Shown here piece by piece: positions 1-36,190 of a stretch of DNA of 64,000 bases (position 1 is the stretch's first letter; each line of letters begins with the position of its first letter). Location of the stretch: the NCBI RefSeq assembly GCF_964355755.1, contig NC_092679.1, forward strand, positions 3,936,201 through 4,000,200. Direction: 5' to 3'. Both the position numbers and the translations under genes were made by a program. Under the pieces are notes generated by a model. It was not told the origin of the DNA and made no database searches. It saw only the letters and a program-made list of their open reading frames with translations. The DNA is from Antedon mediterranea (Eukaryota > Animalia > Echinodermata).

Positions 1-1530
1 TAATATTTCTAATCATGTGTTTGTTCCGTTATTGTAACCGTTTATTTCATTTGGTTCATCATCGCAATAGTGGTTCTTAGCAATTTATTCCATCATACGA
101 ATCCTGAACTGAGCTTTTTATACACATAGTATAGCTACTACTGTATACTACATTATGAATATTATAAGTATACCATATTTTTGTAAAGTCTAACTTAATG
201 CAACCTTACGCAAAACATAATATTGAGTAATGCGCAGCGAACTGGCACGAATGTATAAATGTTGTAAAACCTCCCATGGGTAAAGCTAAAATTGATGATT
301 CACCAGCAGCCAAACTGAAGTGTTTATTAGATAATCAATGGCGGAACATACTATCAGTCTAATATTCTTTTAAACGTCTCGCATATACAAAAAGTTGATA
401 CACAGCTTAATTTAATTTAACAATATAGGCCTATTGCCTGTTCTAGCAGAAGTAACTTTAGCGATGTGATTGGTTAAAGTATCACCCTTTTGATTGGCCA
501 TTGAGATTTGCTGTCGTTGTGCGCGTTCAATGGTCGTTCGTGATTGGCTGTTGTAACAGTTCGTTGTTTGAGTGTTGGTGCACTAATGGCAAATGACATT
601 CAGTGTAATACTATTTCCATGAGGGTTAAAAATTATTATTGATTTTGACAGGAATCGATCCAATACCGGTAGTGTAATATCATTCAAAAAAAGGAATGTT
701 TAAACGAGACAAAAATGTCGAAATGAACTTAGATATAGTATTAATTACCATTACATTAAGAGTTTCTATTGGATTGTCTATAGTAATATCAAACTCATCC
801 ATAATTTTGTACTATCTATACCCTCTTACTCTTTTCTGTTTGAAAGCTTGTACCAATTTTATATGTAAATCTCTCGCAATTCAGTTTTATTTTATATATA
901 CTGCAAAGAGAAATATTGAATAAAAGCAGAATGAATGAACTTATGTATAAGCAATCGTATTATATAGTACGGTACGTCCCAATATTTTGTAACGGCGATG
1001 CGATGTCGGTTGGCGAAAATATAACTTATTCTTTATACAATTGTCATTAACGAATGCCACGCGTATGATTGATGTATTAAATGCGTCCACATGATTGCGC
1101 GCTAACATTTGACTCGCATAATCATACTGCGCCGTGTAAACACACGTTTGGTCTAGTCAGGCTGTGCCTTTTCACTTTTGATAATACATTAATAATATTG
1201 ACGAAAGGTAGACAAACGCTAACGAAGGCCAGTGTTTTGCGATGTGTGAAAATGTCGAAGCGACGTACGAACGTATGGATTTTTCCAAACGTGAACGTGA
1301 AAAAGCTTTCACGCGTACATATTGTTGATTATTAGTCAGGTATTAAACAAACTATTAATTAATCCAAATTATCGATCAGGTTGCAGTGAGAGAAATGTGT
1401 AAACTGAATGCATCTGTGCTAAGCGGGTTACCAGTTGTCAAAACAAGACCAAAGTGAAAACCACACTTTCGTTTCGCTTCGCAACTCACTTATTTTTATC
1501 TTCTTTCCGAATACACATTCGCAAATAAAC

Positions 1531-8066
<6,536 letters not shown>

Positions 8067-9679
8067 ATAGTAAACCTAAATTTATATATCAAAGTACTAG
8101 AACAACTAAATTAGAAGAACGCGGGATATGAACAGAACAAAATGGTGTATGTATATTAATACAGAATGTGTGTTAATGATTGTAAATGTGCCTTCTCCTT
8201 TATGCCATCTTACGAATGCAGTATATACACTTTTGAGCTGAGAAAACAAATCGCTTTTGGTCTATGCATAACATTATTTTACGTATTAGAGTAATGCCCC
8301 GGTCACCGGTTGAATAGACAATCGGTTCCAGGTGACATTACGATCAATAAAGTAGAATATAGAACATGACAAAGTATTACTTATCATGACTTAGTCAGCT
8401 TACTTAGATGTGTATCGGGTAACCTAGTTTTTGTTTTTGTTCTTTTTTTTGTAGGTTTGTTTAATTTGTATTAGGCAAAATTTATTTGGTGTAATATGGT
8501 CGGATTGTTTTTGTTGTGGGGAGGGAGGGGGGGGGGGGTGGGAATAGTTTAGCGAAAAGTGTTCATTGCCGACTGCACATGCCACATGGACCTGGGCGTA
8601 CAATTTTCTTAGTTTCGTCGTAACTACTGATAGAGGGCGTTTATTTTGAACTTTTGTCCAATCACCACACAGCTTGTTAGCATTCACTAAAAGGGGGATA
8701 CTTTAGTCGACTTCACGTCCAAATTGTATACAGTTCGTTAATAAGAGAAGCATTCAAACAATAACATTATAACCTTTAGTTAATTGGAAAAACGGGAGTA
8801 ATAATAAAACAGTAATACTAATATGACTAGTGCAAAATCTAAAGAAATTTACAAACCACACTATATAAAAAGGATTATTGAAATTACAGCCTAATAACTC
8901 TTATGAAAATTAAGTTATGTTAATTCTTTCCAGTTCCAGAGTAGTTAACCATGCATTTAAATTATGTAGCAATTATGTAACGCCTGGTTAGTAGTTAAGA
9001 TAATTGTGACACGTTACGTCACACGCCATGCCATATTAACGTTGTATATTGCCAATTCTATTTCTTTTTAAAAGTCAATGATTCAGGGGATCTACGGGTT
9101 TTATTGACTTGTTATTGTAGGCTCTCATTTTTTACATTGTTTCTAAATAACAATGTGTTCTTTTACTTTAAATCTAACACACTTATACGTGTTAAAGTCG
9201 ATATTGTTTTGTTTAGATGTTTACTATAAAAAAAAATGTTTCGCAGCCGGGAACAAGTGCAAATAGTATTAAGACAATTTAATGATACGTTAATTCAATT
9301 TGATTGTCAATATACGGGATTTTTTAAAATTCATTAGTGTACGTTTGATATTAGTTTTGCTTGTGTAACTATTTCCAATGAACGTATTTGTAGAGATAAG
9401 GTTTTCGATTATTAAATATGTAAACTCGTTAAAAGGTGTCTTGTGTTATTTTCTGTTAAATGATCGTCAAATGAATCGAGTTCATATCAATCAATACAGA
9501 AATAATAAAGAAAATAAACATATGAATAATTCATAAACAAATAAAATTGATAAATGAGAGATTAAGTGAAGGGGAATTAATGAGCAGAAGAACATATTTT
9601 ATGCATTAAACCAATCAATGAATACAACTGGTAATAAATTCAAAACTTGTATGTGTTATGTGTTAAAATACTGCTATAA

Positions 9680-9890
9680 GAGTGGAGTTGTGGTTGGTGG
9701 TTATGATGCTTGGCTACCACTCCAATGATCCTGGGTTCAAGTCCTGTCACATGTCAGGATTTTTTCTAAGGACAAAATTAAAACTCCACTCCCAAAGACT
9801 TGTGTATGTTTGTCTTGTGAACCTCTGACGGTCCCTAATGATCAGCAATTGCTGGATGGATCACCCTCTCATTCAATATGGTAAAAAAAA
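9680..9890 (+). mobile_element. tRNA-derived SINE (degenerate)
   Basis: A-box-like tggttggtggtt, B box ggttcaagtcc at 9734-9744, LINE-like stem-loop tail and an A-run. Confidence 0.6.
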
Positions 9891-10967
9891 TAGTTTAAAT
9901 ACAAACTACTAACTGCAAGAATAGGCTATTTTATTTGTATCGTATATTCCGTTTGTTTCTTGTATGTAAAATGTTTACCGTTTTTAAATACTCTTACTCT
10001 ATACTATACTTGTGTTTTGTTTCGTTTCGTTTATTTTTCCACTCACTTTTATAGATAATTTAAACAAACATGAGTATAGGCCTACATATATTAAATGTGG
10101 GTGGATGGAGGTCTACTTTTATTGTTTTATATACATTTAATGTAAATACACAGTAATTCATCTTCGGCTGCGGCAGTGGTATAAACAAAAGAAAAGAAAA
10201 AATCAAATCTGATACACAAAGGAACACCAACGCATCCTACAAAAAAAACCACAGCCGATTTAGTAGCCTATATTGAACCCATACATTTTGTCAGTAACTT
10301 AGTGCATATTCTAATGTATCGCCTTCACATTATATTGTGTCATTGGTGCAGGGCCTATGATCCGCCGTCGCTGATTGCCATAAAGGATTGCTAATTACTT
10401 GCCATATTATCTGTAATGTCATTATTGTCTTTATGTTAAACGTCCATCTGCCGAACAATTACATAACAGCTTGTTAGCAGTTTTAATGACCATACTTGTC
10501 TCGCATCAGCGGCCAAATTGACACGTTGCTATGACAACGCAATAAACACGTCTCCCAACATAATCCTAACAATAACGAAATATGTAAAGATTTTAAATGT
10601 TGTTGTATGTAATGCATTCCAAAATTAATTATATTAAACCATTCTTATCATAGAAATCTTGATATAATACTATATTTTATAATATTACTTTGTTTTAGTT
10701 ATTAGTATAATGGCGCCCCCTATTATGTTTTTGCTCCTAATTTCGCCGCAGTGCGTCAAAATTCTTAGATATGCAAATTACAAATCTGTTCCTAAACTTC
10801 CGTTTGTCCTTCGGGTTTATTTGCCTATTATTGTCAAACTGTGTGACACAGAGTAAACACTGCTGTTTAGTATCGCTGTAGTCTCCCGCCCACAAAGATT
10901 ATTTTTGGGGAAACAAATCTGTTCATTATTTTGTAGACGGTAACTCGAACAACTCAAAAGCTTCATC

Positions 10968-18955
<7,988 letters not shown>

Positions 18956-19463
18956 ATGTGTACATACAACCAAAAAGCTAAGCACATCATCCCAATGATC
19001 GGCACGTGGTCATGGACGTGATTTGTATCCATCTATAAATTGACTTATTATCTTCCTGAATGTTCGAACTGGTAAATGCTTGGCGCGCTCACCGAAGATG
19101 AGAATCATTGTTGGTGGTATCGTCAGAGGGCGTTGTTCATTTTATTTCTTCAATGAATACGAAACATGACGCTCGAGATAAGGAAGCGACATAATTGAAA
19201 AGTTACTGATCACAATAAACTGTATGTTGATCATTCAACAATCTAAACGTACACAAAGCTGTAATTGTACAAACTGGATAAATAACCTTGATTCCATGTG
19301 TCTATTACTGCCAAAAAGAGCCCCTTTAACGTCATGGTACAGCATAGGAGGCGCGCGTAAGAAGAGAGCACTTCTTTAGGGTCTTTTTGCTTTCAACAAC
19401 ATCCGATGATTTGAACCTTCCTGTCGTAATTAGATCATTACTTTACCGACCGACAAGTGCTTA

Positions 19464-19678
19464 AGCTTGGTTCCCACTAGGACGGAACGCAATATGGATG
19501 ATCGATCGCGTCGTCATTATTGGTCAAATTAAATGTGTTGCTTTACGTCCTTGCGTTGCGTTGCGGGTTCTTAAGCGTGGTTTCCGAAACGTTGTACGTT
19601 GCTACTGTTCGAATAATCCATCGCTTGTGATTGGTCAAATCACTTACGTTGCGTCACGTCGCTAGTGGGAACCAAGCT
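19464..19678. mobile_element. MITE family A in probable CaM2 3' UTR
   Basis: tta-agcttggttcccactag ... ctagtgggaaccaagct. Confidence 0.8.
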
Positions 19679-20604
19679 AAACCAAGCTTAACAGCCCACA
19701 AACGCAGTTTTTCTACGCAAATGGGTACGTTTCCTTTCTTCCTATATAAATGATTATTTTATCCCTTTTTCTGATTGATAACATGACCAAACCCAGTAGT
19801 ATTAGATTATTTTATACGTGTCTTGTAATTGTTTGATATGTAATTACCCACTGAATATATTTTGTGATATTACATACAAAAGTAAAAAGTAAAGAAACCA
19901 AGGAAATGTCATCTGGTGTTCTATGCTTTGTATACGTTTATTATTTGTTTTTTTATTGTGAACAAAGAGCAGTATGTTGCTTCTCTTATACTGTTGTGTA
20001 TATATATACTGTAGTAAATTGCAATTAAACAATACAAATCCGGTTTAAACGTTTGGAATGTTATTGGGTGCAGTAGCTGAGTACCGCGGCCAATGACGTC
20101 ACACATAGCCCTAATAAGTATTATTGATAATCCATTTGTGCATCTGGAATAAAGCTCACTTCTTATAATAAGAGTGACTAGAGTTCTTTAAAGCTGTGTA
20201 GAAAGGACACTTAGCTTAAATTGAGTGTTTAAAGAATGTTTTTTTGTTACTCAATTTCACCAAATTAGCAATGTCCCGAACGGCGCCCCGTATGTATGTC
20301 ATAACATTTACTGGTCACACTGCGAAAAGCAATGATACAGTAGTATGATATGGGTACCTCGTAAACTTGCACTATTTAGAATGTCGACATTGATATGGAA
20401 TTAGAATGTTGGAATGCAAATTGGAATGGTTTGACTATACTTTTACTACTTTGAGCATGGACCTATAAATTAGATGTCCATGCTTTGAGGCTTTTATAAC
20501 TGTGTCGCAAGTATATTTTCGATTCCTGTATACACGCTCAGTCTTCGTTCGTTATGAACATTCAGTTTCTCGGTGTACGATATGAACTGAAGATCACATT
20601 TTAA

Positions 20605-22200
20605 TTGGTTATCCGCAACGAAGTTGCAGGATAACCTCTTGTGATTGTACGAAATCATCAACATCAACTTTTTATTTTTCTTCTTTCTTTCTGTATGATT
20701 TTTGTGTAACGCTTTTCTCTAAAACTTGCAAACATAACATTTTGTTACCTATGTTAACATTTTGACATTTATGTAACGTCGTCAAGCGAAGCTTTTCATG
20801 ATGTTTACAATTGCGCAACGTGACGTACGCGCGATTTAACGATTTTCTCGTATTTAACATATGTCGAAAACCAAATAACATTTTAAAGTGAAACTTTGCA
20901 AAAGTTTAATTTATATCATGCGCTAACTTTCTGTTGAAAAAAAATTGCGTGTTTTACACAAAGTTACGCGCGCACGCGCATTTAAAATTTCAAAATGCGC
21001 AAAATTAATTTATAATCAACTTTCTACGCGTTTCATGTCGTTTTAAGCATGTCAAAAATTCCCACGTGTGCGCACATTTTTACGTGTGCGGTGCGCACGT
21101 AGCATGGAAAACGATTTTTTTTCGCGTGATTTATGTTTTTCCAGCTTTTTCTAGTAATTTTACCAAATTTTAAACAATTTCGACTTAAAGATACGTCATA
21201 CGAGCACGTCGAATTGGACAATTTGCGCGCGTTTTTTATGAAAATGTTAAAAAATTCGTTTAAAATATGCCTTTTTTTAAACAGTCGTAATTTCTAAACT
21301 AGAAGGTCAACTTTTTGTGGATGGGATATTCTGGAAGTAGATGAGTTGTAGATATCGGATCAGGTATTAATATGGCTAACCGGACATTTTGACGTCATCG
21401 TATGGCCACGCGAATAGAAAATTTAGGATTTTTGTATCTTTCGTCATAGCTCATCACATTGAATAGAGCGCATCTCCACTTATCCGTTTTCCATTTTCAC
21501 CCCGATTTTGACATTGTCTAGGTCAATCAACTATCTTTCGCATGAGTTAAAAATCTTTTAATTTTTTTGACGTCATCATGCCTAAAAATTAATATCACGT
21601 GTGGCAGTAATTTCATCTTTACAGTAAATTTTAATCTGTTATAGCTCGTAAGAATAAAATGTGATAATCACGATTAAAACTTTTTCTGGAAGCTATTGGA
21701 TTGTAGATACGAAATTATGTAAAAATGTTGCCAATCGGATGTTGTGACGTCATCATATGGCCAGTTAAATAAAAAAGGTCGTATTTTCATCTTTTGCGTC
21801 ATAATTCATTACATTTAAAAGAGCGCGCATCAATATTTCACGTATTCAAATTTCTTCTACACGTTAATACGTTGTTGCTGAGATAATTTGCTTTCGGAAT
21901 TACTACCTTCGCGTTTCATTTTAAAACCGTCAACATGTTAAAAATTGCAATAAATAGCGGGTCCCGTAATTTCACCTATTCTACACTGTATGTGATATGG
22001 ATACAGATTATACTGTCTATACTATATATGGATTTAAATAATAAAATTCAGCAATAACAACATATCATATTCTTCAGTTCAGGTCATAATGCCAACGTGA
22101 ACACTTCCTTTTGTCCTCAACCTATCCCCTTAATGTTAATGTTTCACCACTTGCGCGGCGGATAACCAAACTCGTCAAAGTGACGAGTTACATGTCTAGT
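20605..22200 (+). mobile_element. Non-autonomous Helentron/HINE-like element (~1.6 kb)
   Basis: 5' subTIR ttggttatccgc within the hairpin ggttatccgcaacgaagttgcaggataacc; 3' subTIR gcggataaccaa at 22158-22169; terminal stem-loop aactcgtca-aag-tgacgagtt; ctagt end in a T-rich site; internal diverged repeats. Confidence 0.7.
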
Positions 22201-24128
22201 TTAGATTAGTATCGGTCAGATTAGTTTACTATGCTGACGTTTCTATGCTATATCTAAATATTAATTTGTCTTTTCGAAAGCATTTTCCACATTCTAATCA
22301 AATTTGAATATATACAGAGTAAACTTATTATTAAATTCAGCATGAAGATGAGACCATCAATCATTCGGACTCTCGCTTTTGTCAATGTCGCCCTCTACTT
22401 TGAAATAACACTGTTCTTTCATCGATGATTGCGTCGTCTACTTCGCGCGATTTGTAGTACTGTTGTATAGGCGTTGCCATACATAGAGGAATATACTTGC
22501 GAGTCGCGACACAGTTAGATGATGATGAACTAGATTAATGTTCAACTGGAGTTTGTCGTCTGCTAATTAATTTGACTTATTAACCACTATTTTCTGAGGT
22601 GAGAGGCATTCATAACTCGATCCGATCAATTATTATCTGTCAATTCAATCATACATACAACGCATCAGCATCGATGCACCGTGCCTTTTTTCAGGGCGGC
22701 GCAAAAAAACTCACGTTTTAAAACTTATTACCAATACTGACCTGACAAGTAAGGTTACAGGGCCCACCGATGTTTTCCCCACAAATAATTAAAGTTTGGA
22801 ACTGTCTCCAACAACACCAACAATTAAAAAAAAATAGAGACGTGTATAAAGTATTTTTGCTAAATGCCTAATTAAATGACGTAAAAACGATAGATCAACG
22901 AATTGGTTTTTTTTCTTAATGGGCGCTGTTTCCTTGAAGAATTCGGATTAAGAGAAAAACAGGAAATTGGTTTTTATTTAATGTTAATTTAGGAGAAGAT
23001 GAATATATATACTACGATTATTACATAACTTCAATTAAAACACGAATTGAATACTGTAGTAAGTAAGTAAACAAGAAATTATGTCAAATTTGGCAGTGAC
23101 GAGCACGCGCACAAAGAGAGACATTCACATCACATACTGATACACGAGCGTACAATTGATTGTACGCATTTGTACGCGGGCGTATATAAGATGATATAGT
23201 AAAATACATCCGAATTGTTTAGTTGTCAAAAATATATATAAATATATAATATATATCTCAATTGAGATCCAGCCACTGATACTGTCAATAATTTATATAC
23301 TTTATACAATACTGTGTATAATTATATATAAGTAGCTCTATTAATATAGGAATATTTTTGTCAATAATTTATCGCCATGCTATGCGCGTGGCTGTATGTT
23401 GGTATTTATTATTGTTCAAAACATGTTACATGAACGAAAAGTAATCATATGATTCTATCAAACACCAATAATATGACAATTATGATCTTCTGTTGGCGAA
23501 GTAAGAGCTTTACTAGGCTTGTGGGGCTTTTGGGAATCGTATTTTCAAGCACTAACTTCGTCTGTCGCAATGCAACGGAACGCTGTCCATTCAATGAACT
23601 GTTGAAATTCGCAAAGAATGCTGGGATAATATTGCGGACGATTATATGTCGCAGTGCAGCTCGTGTGACAGCCAATCAGAACAGACGACGATATCGATTT
23701 GTGAAATCACCAATGATTGATATTTAAGATGAAAAATAAATTTGACGCGCGGGAAAAATCAACACGCGGGAAATAGCCAACAGACGATTGAAGTAGCATG
23801 GTTATACTAATTCCACTTTAATATTATTTGATTTGATTACAAAGTACAAGCTCTGATCGAGAGTTTAAATGATGTGGTCAGTCAGTAATTCGTCTGCTTC
23901 AACTACGTAAAGAGTTTGATTGGAAGAACGATCAATGTATAAAAAAGAAAGAACTTCTGTGAATAAGAATTGTCATTTATTTAATTTAGTGACGACACAA
24001 TAAATGTGTGGATATACAATATTTTCCAATAGTGAAATATCAAATATAATAATTACAGAACTAACTAAAGTATTAAAGGAAAATAATATGATAACTATCT
24101 AACAATGATACTTTCATTACCGCACTAA

Positions 24129-24459
24129 AGCGTGGTTCCCACTAGCGACGCAACACAAGGACGTAAGGCAACGCAAGTGAATTGACCAATCACAAGCGAT
24201 GGCTTATTCCCTCGTGATTGCTAACTGTCTATAACTTCGCTTGTCATTGGTTAAAACGCTTGCGTTGCGTTTACGTCCTTGCGTTACGTTCTAGTGGGAA
24301 CCAAGCTTTATATAGCTTGATTTCCACTTGGACGCAACGCGACAATGTAGGTGCAACGCATGAGTAATTGACCAATCACAAGCGACAGTACGGATGGTCT
24401 ATCGCTTCGTGATTGGTTCAAAAAATTACTTGAGTAGCATCAAAGTAGGAATGAAGCTT
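24129..24459. mobile_element. Two adjacent MITE family A copies
   Basis: 24129-24307 intact (taa-agcgtggttcccactag...ctagtgggaaccaagct-tta); degenerate copy at ~24314-24459. Confidence 0.85.
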
Positions 24460-24497
24460 TGTGAGTGATCTATTTATAATTTTTATTTACTAATTTT

Positions 24498-24569
24498 TAC
24501 ACTGAATGTTTGTTTTACAGAATTGTATATTGTACAATATACAATTCTGTAAAACAAACATTCAGTGTA
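24498..24569. repeat. Perfect 72-bp palindrome, no spacer
   Basis: TACACTGAATGTTTGTTTTACAGAATTGTATATTGT is followed directly by its exact reverse complement. Confidence 0.95.
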
Positions 24570-27500
24570 CAAAAGCTCAGATTAATAAAGTTAAAATTAT
24601 TTGATAATGGACACGTTTGTTTCACCAAGGCAATAATGTTAGTCTATGGGTGGCGCTGTTCTGAATGTTAAATATTGTGCGAGGAAAAACATAAACTGCT
24701 TATGTAATAATAGTATACATGCGACATTTATAATGATTTATTTCTATGATAATTTAAAACAGTTTTATTTACATTAATTAGTTGACGCGTGTAAACTCGG
24801 AACATATTTTGTTTCTGGTTTGCGCACAGAAAGAGCCAACATTTGATCGTGTGAGAATTAGGGACGCCACTTACGTCTGAATGCTAATCGCGGTCAGAAG
24901 AGGTACTCAATGCTGAGATGCCTGGATATTTGCGTAAAATTTTCGGCACAAAATATGCACACCGCGTATTTACTATTATGCTTTATTAATATTATAGCGT
25001 CATTACATCTATCGGTAAGTTCATTTATACCTCTCCGTGGTTCACTATCAATTTCTACGAGATTGCAAACCAATGCATTAATTATGTAGATTTTGCGCAT
25101 GTGTTCAATTAAAACTTTAAAAAAAAAATCTTTTTTTGTTTTATCAATAGCTTTAAATTATTGGTTGTTTTTATTAAATCTATCTTTCATCTTTATGTAG
25201 GCCTATGTTAAAGGAAATAAAAATCATAATTTGTGAACGTTTAGTATTTCATAATAGCAATATAGTATCGGAGTTTATATTCCCGACAAATTGTATAAAT
25301 GATAAAAATTCTCGAACAGAAGAAAGTATGATGTCATTCATTCGAATTGATTGGTCAAATTCTTTGCGATGTCCTAGACGGTGTGTTTGCTCAATCAAAC
25401 CGGTTCGAATTATCTATCGTGTGATTGGTCAAACAACGGAGGTATAATACCTTCCTGGTGAAACTATTTGCGTTGCATTTACATTCTTGTGTTGCAATGG
25501 AACCGAGCTTGAGGCCCTATAATATTAATTTAAAAATTCGAACCATTAACGACTAAATTCATATATATTCTTAGTAAATATTGACACAGCTCTCATGTAA
25601 TGAAAAACATTATCATCATCATATCTTTTGATATGTGCACAAAGCATACATACCGAACAATGTTGTTTAGATTTGAATTTAATACTGCGATCACAAACTG
25701 ATTATACTGGTATTGCTATATGTAATATATATAATTTTCTCAATATAGTTATCGTTAGAGCGAAAAATCTTGAGAGTTTATAGTTTTCGGAATCACAAAT
25801 TTAAAATTAAACGTATAGAGTTGTTATTCACTCATGAGTCGTTAAATTGTTAGAGCGTTTAAACGTCAATACGCTAACAAAAACTGATGAAAATAATACG
25901 CGCGCGTAAACTTTTAGAGAATTACCAAGCGACCGTTTGGAATGTAGTTGCTACATTTGAACGGTCATGAAACATATTTCCATTGGTTACCGGTAATTTT
26001 GCAGAATAAAAAACAAACGCCCATAGCTATGAGTATAATTTAAAAATGTATAATGAAATTCTTAAATTAAGATTTGAAAGTAGATAATTGCATGTTGATG
26101 AATGTGGTAATGATGATGACAGTGGCAATCATAATCGATTAGTTTGGTTATAATGATACTAATAATGGCACCTCCACAGGCAATACAAATAAACATATGT
26201 ATCAATATTCATATTTCTTTAGCCTAATTACTTCTTTTAATCCCAATTGTGAAAACGGCTAAGTGATTCGGGAAATAATAGAACATTCAGTATACAAGAA
26301 AGGTAGCCTAATTACTTTGCGTATAATTTCATTATTAAAAGAGCAGCAATATAGAATATTTATGGAGTACCGTACCACATATATACAAACCGTGTATACA
26401 GGTATGGGAAGGATATAGCAGACTATGATTCGAACTACAAAAAAAGAAAAAAATGTTAAACTTGATTGATCAGGAGAGTATCCAATATTTAGTTTCATTC
26501 AGTATTTATTTGTTCTTGTGATTTGCACGAGCTTCTTTATATACTGTTTTATGCCTGTTTTAAATGTTTCACGCTCCTGCTCTAGCCCGCTACGTCCCAT
26601 TAGGACTACTCAATCAGACGCTAAAGCAAGCAGCAGTTATAGTTCTAAGGACGACAGTTTTGCGAAAATGGAAACTCCACTATAATTTATTGATTCCAGC
26701 TGCTACAGTAGACCCCCCAAAAAACGTCTGGGAAAAGAGTCTATTAGGACATGTCATAATTACAAATCCCAAAGCATTTCTGGTATATTCACTGTCAGAT
26801 ATTTATTTAATTATTATCGAAACAGTCCATTAAAGTTTGTGTTTGTAATAGGATACTTCACACTTGAAATGTCTAGGGTGATGAAGTGACCCCCAGACTT
26901 GACCTTAGCAATAAAATTAACTAAAGTGACAGAAATTGAGTATTCACTTCTAAAAAAATTATATTTATTCACATAGGCTATAAAAAGAGAAAAGAAACCC
27001 AAAAACCATTGTCTGACAGACAATATAAGTATTTGTTGCTTTAAATTACATTTTTTCAGGTAAAATAACTATTATGTGACAATAAAATGATGACACATTC
27101 AAAAACATTTGAAATTAAAAATATTTTTCAATAAGCAAGCAGCGTTTTTTGTAAGAAATATTTCTTGTTATATTTGTAAGTGGCCTACCTTTGGCTGCGA
27201 TTTTGATATTGAATAAAAATGAAATATGTTAACCTATGGGCGGCCGCTAGGGCCAGAATAACAAACAACGATGATGCTGTCCATTCCTATGTTGTACAGT
27301 TTTAGCCCTTGCCCTTGCCTATTTAGATGTCGTCTAATTAATCATGACATTTATTTGTTCTTGTGATGTGTACGTGCTTCTTTATATACCCATATAAACC
27401 ACAATATTCTTCTCGCAAACCTTAGATTCCATTCTCTCTTTTCGAAAAAAAATATTATTAATCTTTGAAATTATGAAAGAAAACTACGTTTGCTTTTATA

Positions 27501-27870
27501 AATAAGAAAATTAATTATTTAAATGACAAACGAAAACAACGCTACTACAACGCCTATCATCATGCTATTCCACAACTCATTTATCCAATTCTGTTATTTT
27601 ATTACTCCATTGAGAAATTAAACACATTTTAATTGGTGTAATATTGCCAAGATACACATGTGTTACGCGCAACAATACGAACTCATGAATAATGCATGAT
27701 GCTAATTTAAATACAACTCTCTATAGGACAATCGGTTTGTTCATACATTTTGGTCGATCATCGTCGGCGGCTCTGTGTACGCTTATATCGCTAAGTCTTC
27801 ACTTCTGTTTCTACTATACCATACGTACGTTTAATTTTCTTTCAGTCAACTGTACACCGTCTTTTAAAAA

Positions 27871-35042
<7,172 letters not shown>

Positions 35043-36120
35043 ACAGTGTTACTAATAAGGTTTACTATTTTTCACTCGTTCGGCGGGTGAACATTGGATA
35101 TCATTCCTGGTACTAAATATCAACTTTATTATCGTAAATCATGAATTATTTTTTATTCATGACAGTGGAATGGTTTCAAACACCTAAGCCAGGATTTCTA
35201 CATCTGACTCCAACTACCGCTCCATAACATAGTATTCGTAATAACATTTTGAATGACGTAAATTTAACGTCATAATTTGTGTCAAAGTACTTACGTTTAT
35301 ACCTCATGCAAGAACAGAGAGTTATATTATGCGTTGATATATACGGTAATAACTAATGGTAGTATTGCGTAATTTATACGAGTTTTACGTTACGCTTGGT
35401 GAATCGAAGCATTCCTTGGTAAACGTTGAAGACCAATCGAAACGGGAACGTGCAAACATTTTTCAAAGACTATAATTAGACAAACGTAATTAATAACGTA
35501 ATTAATTATATAGTACTTTAAGATACTATCGGTTATCGCACCTTGAAGAAGTAGATATATATAAAATACATTATTAGAACATTGTATCATGGCTTAAGCA
35601 GTACGCGATTCTTTAGTTTAGTTTATTTTTAAATTTAATCAGGAAAATTTGGTTGTTGTCTGATGACATTTGTGTAGCCTTTTTGGCGTTTACTCGGTAT
35701 ATCTCTTTTGAAGATGTAATTTCTCATTTTAGATAAATTTGCATCATAATATGTATTGATAATGTTAGTAGATTGAGTTTGCTATTAATACTCTGCGTGC
35801 TTTTACACTTTTTTGTATATCTCATTTATGAAAGTTAATAAAAGCTAGGTAGAATATCGATATGATAATGTGCATTATCTTTCATTAAAAATTATTAGGC
35901 CTATCATACATTATTCCGACAAACGATAACGAATCGAATACTTTATTACACGCTGACAATAGAGTAATCTTATTTCGATAGTGCAATCCCGATGTTTAAA
36001 CAACAAGGCCATATACATGTCTGCAGTCGCGTGCTCAAATTTGAGTTAGTGTTTACCGACCGACCGACATAGTGAGCTGTAGAGTCGCGTTTGCACGCGA
36101 TTAATAAGCTAATCAATTAA

Positions 36121-36190
36121 TAAATAATAATAATAATAATAATAATAGATTTATATAGCGCAAATGAACGATGTCTCTATGCGCTCGACA
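36121..36190 (-). mobile_element. L2/CR1-type 3' tail with (TTA)n
   Basis: Minus strand: gagcgcatagagacatcgttcatttgcgctatataaatc(tat)n. Confidence 0.55.

Noticed and set aside
465-550. Cluster of reverse CCAAT boxes as the CaM1 promoter
   Set aside because: About 1 kb from the ATG exon; such motifs are also spread by MITEs here, and they may belong to a gene outside the window.
8517-8541. G-runs (also 11631-11650 and the C-run at 60413-60430) as G-quadruplex elements
   Set aside because: Simple homopolymer tracts with no further support.
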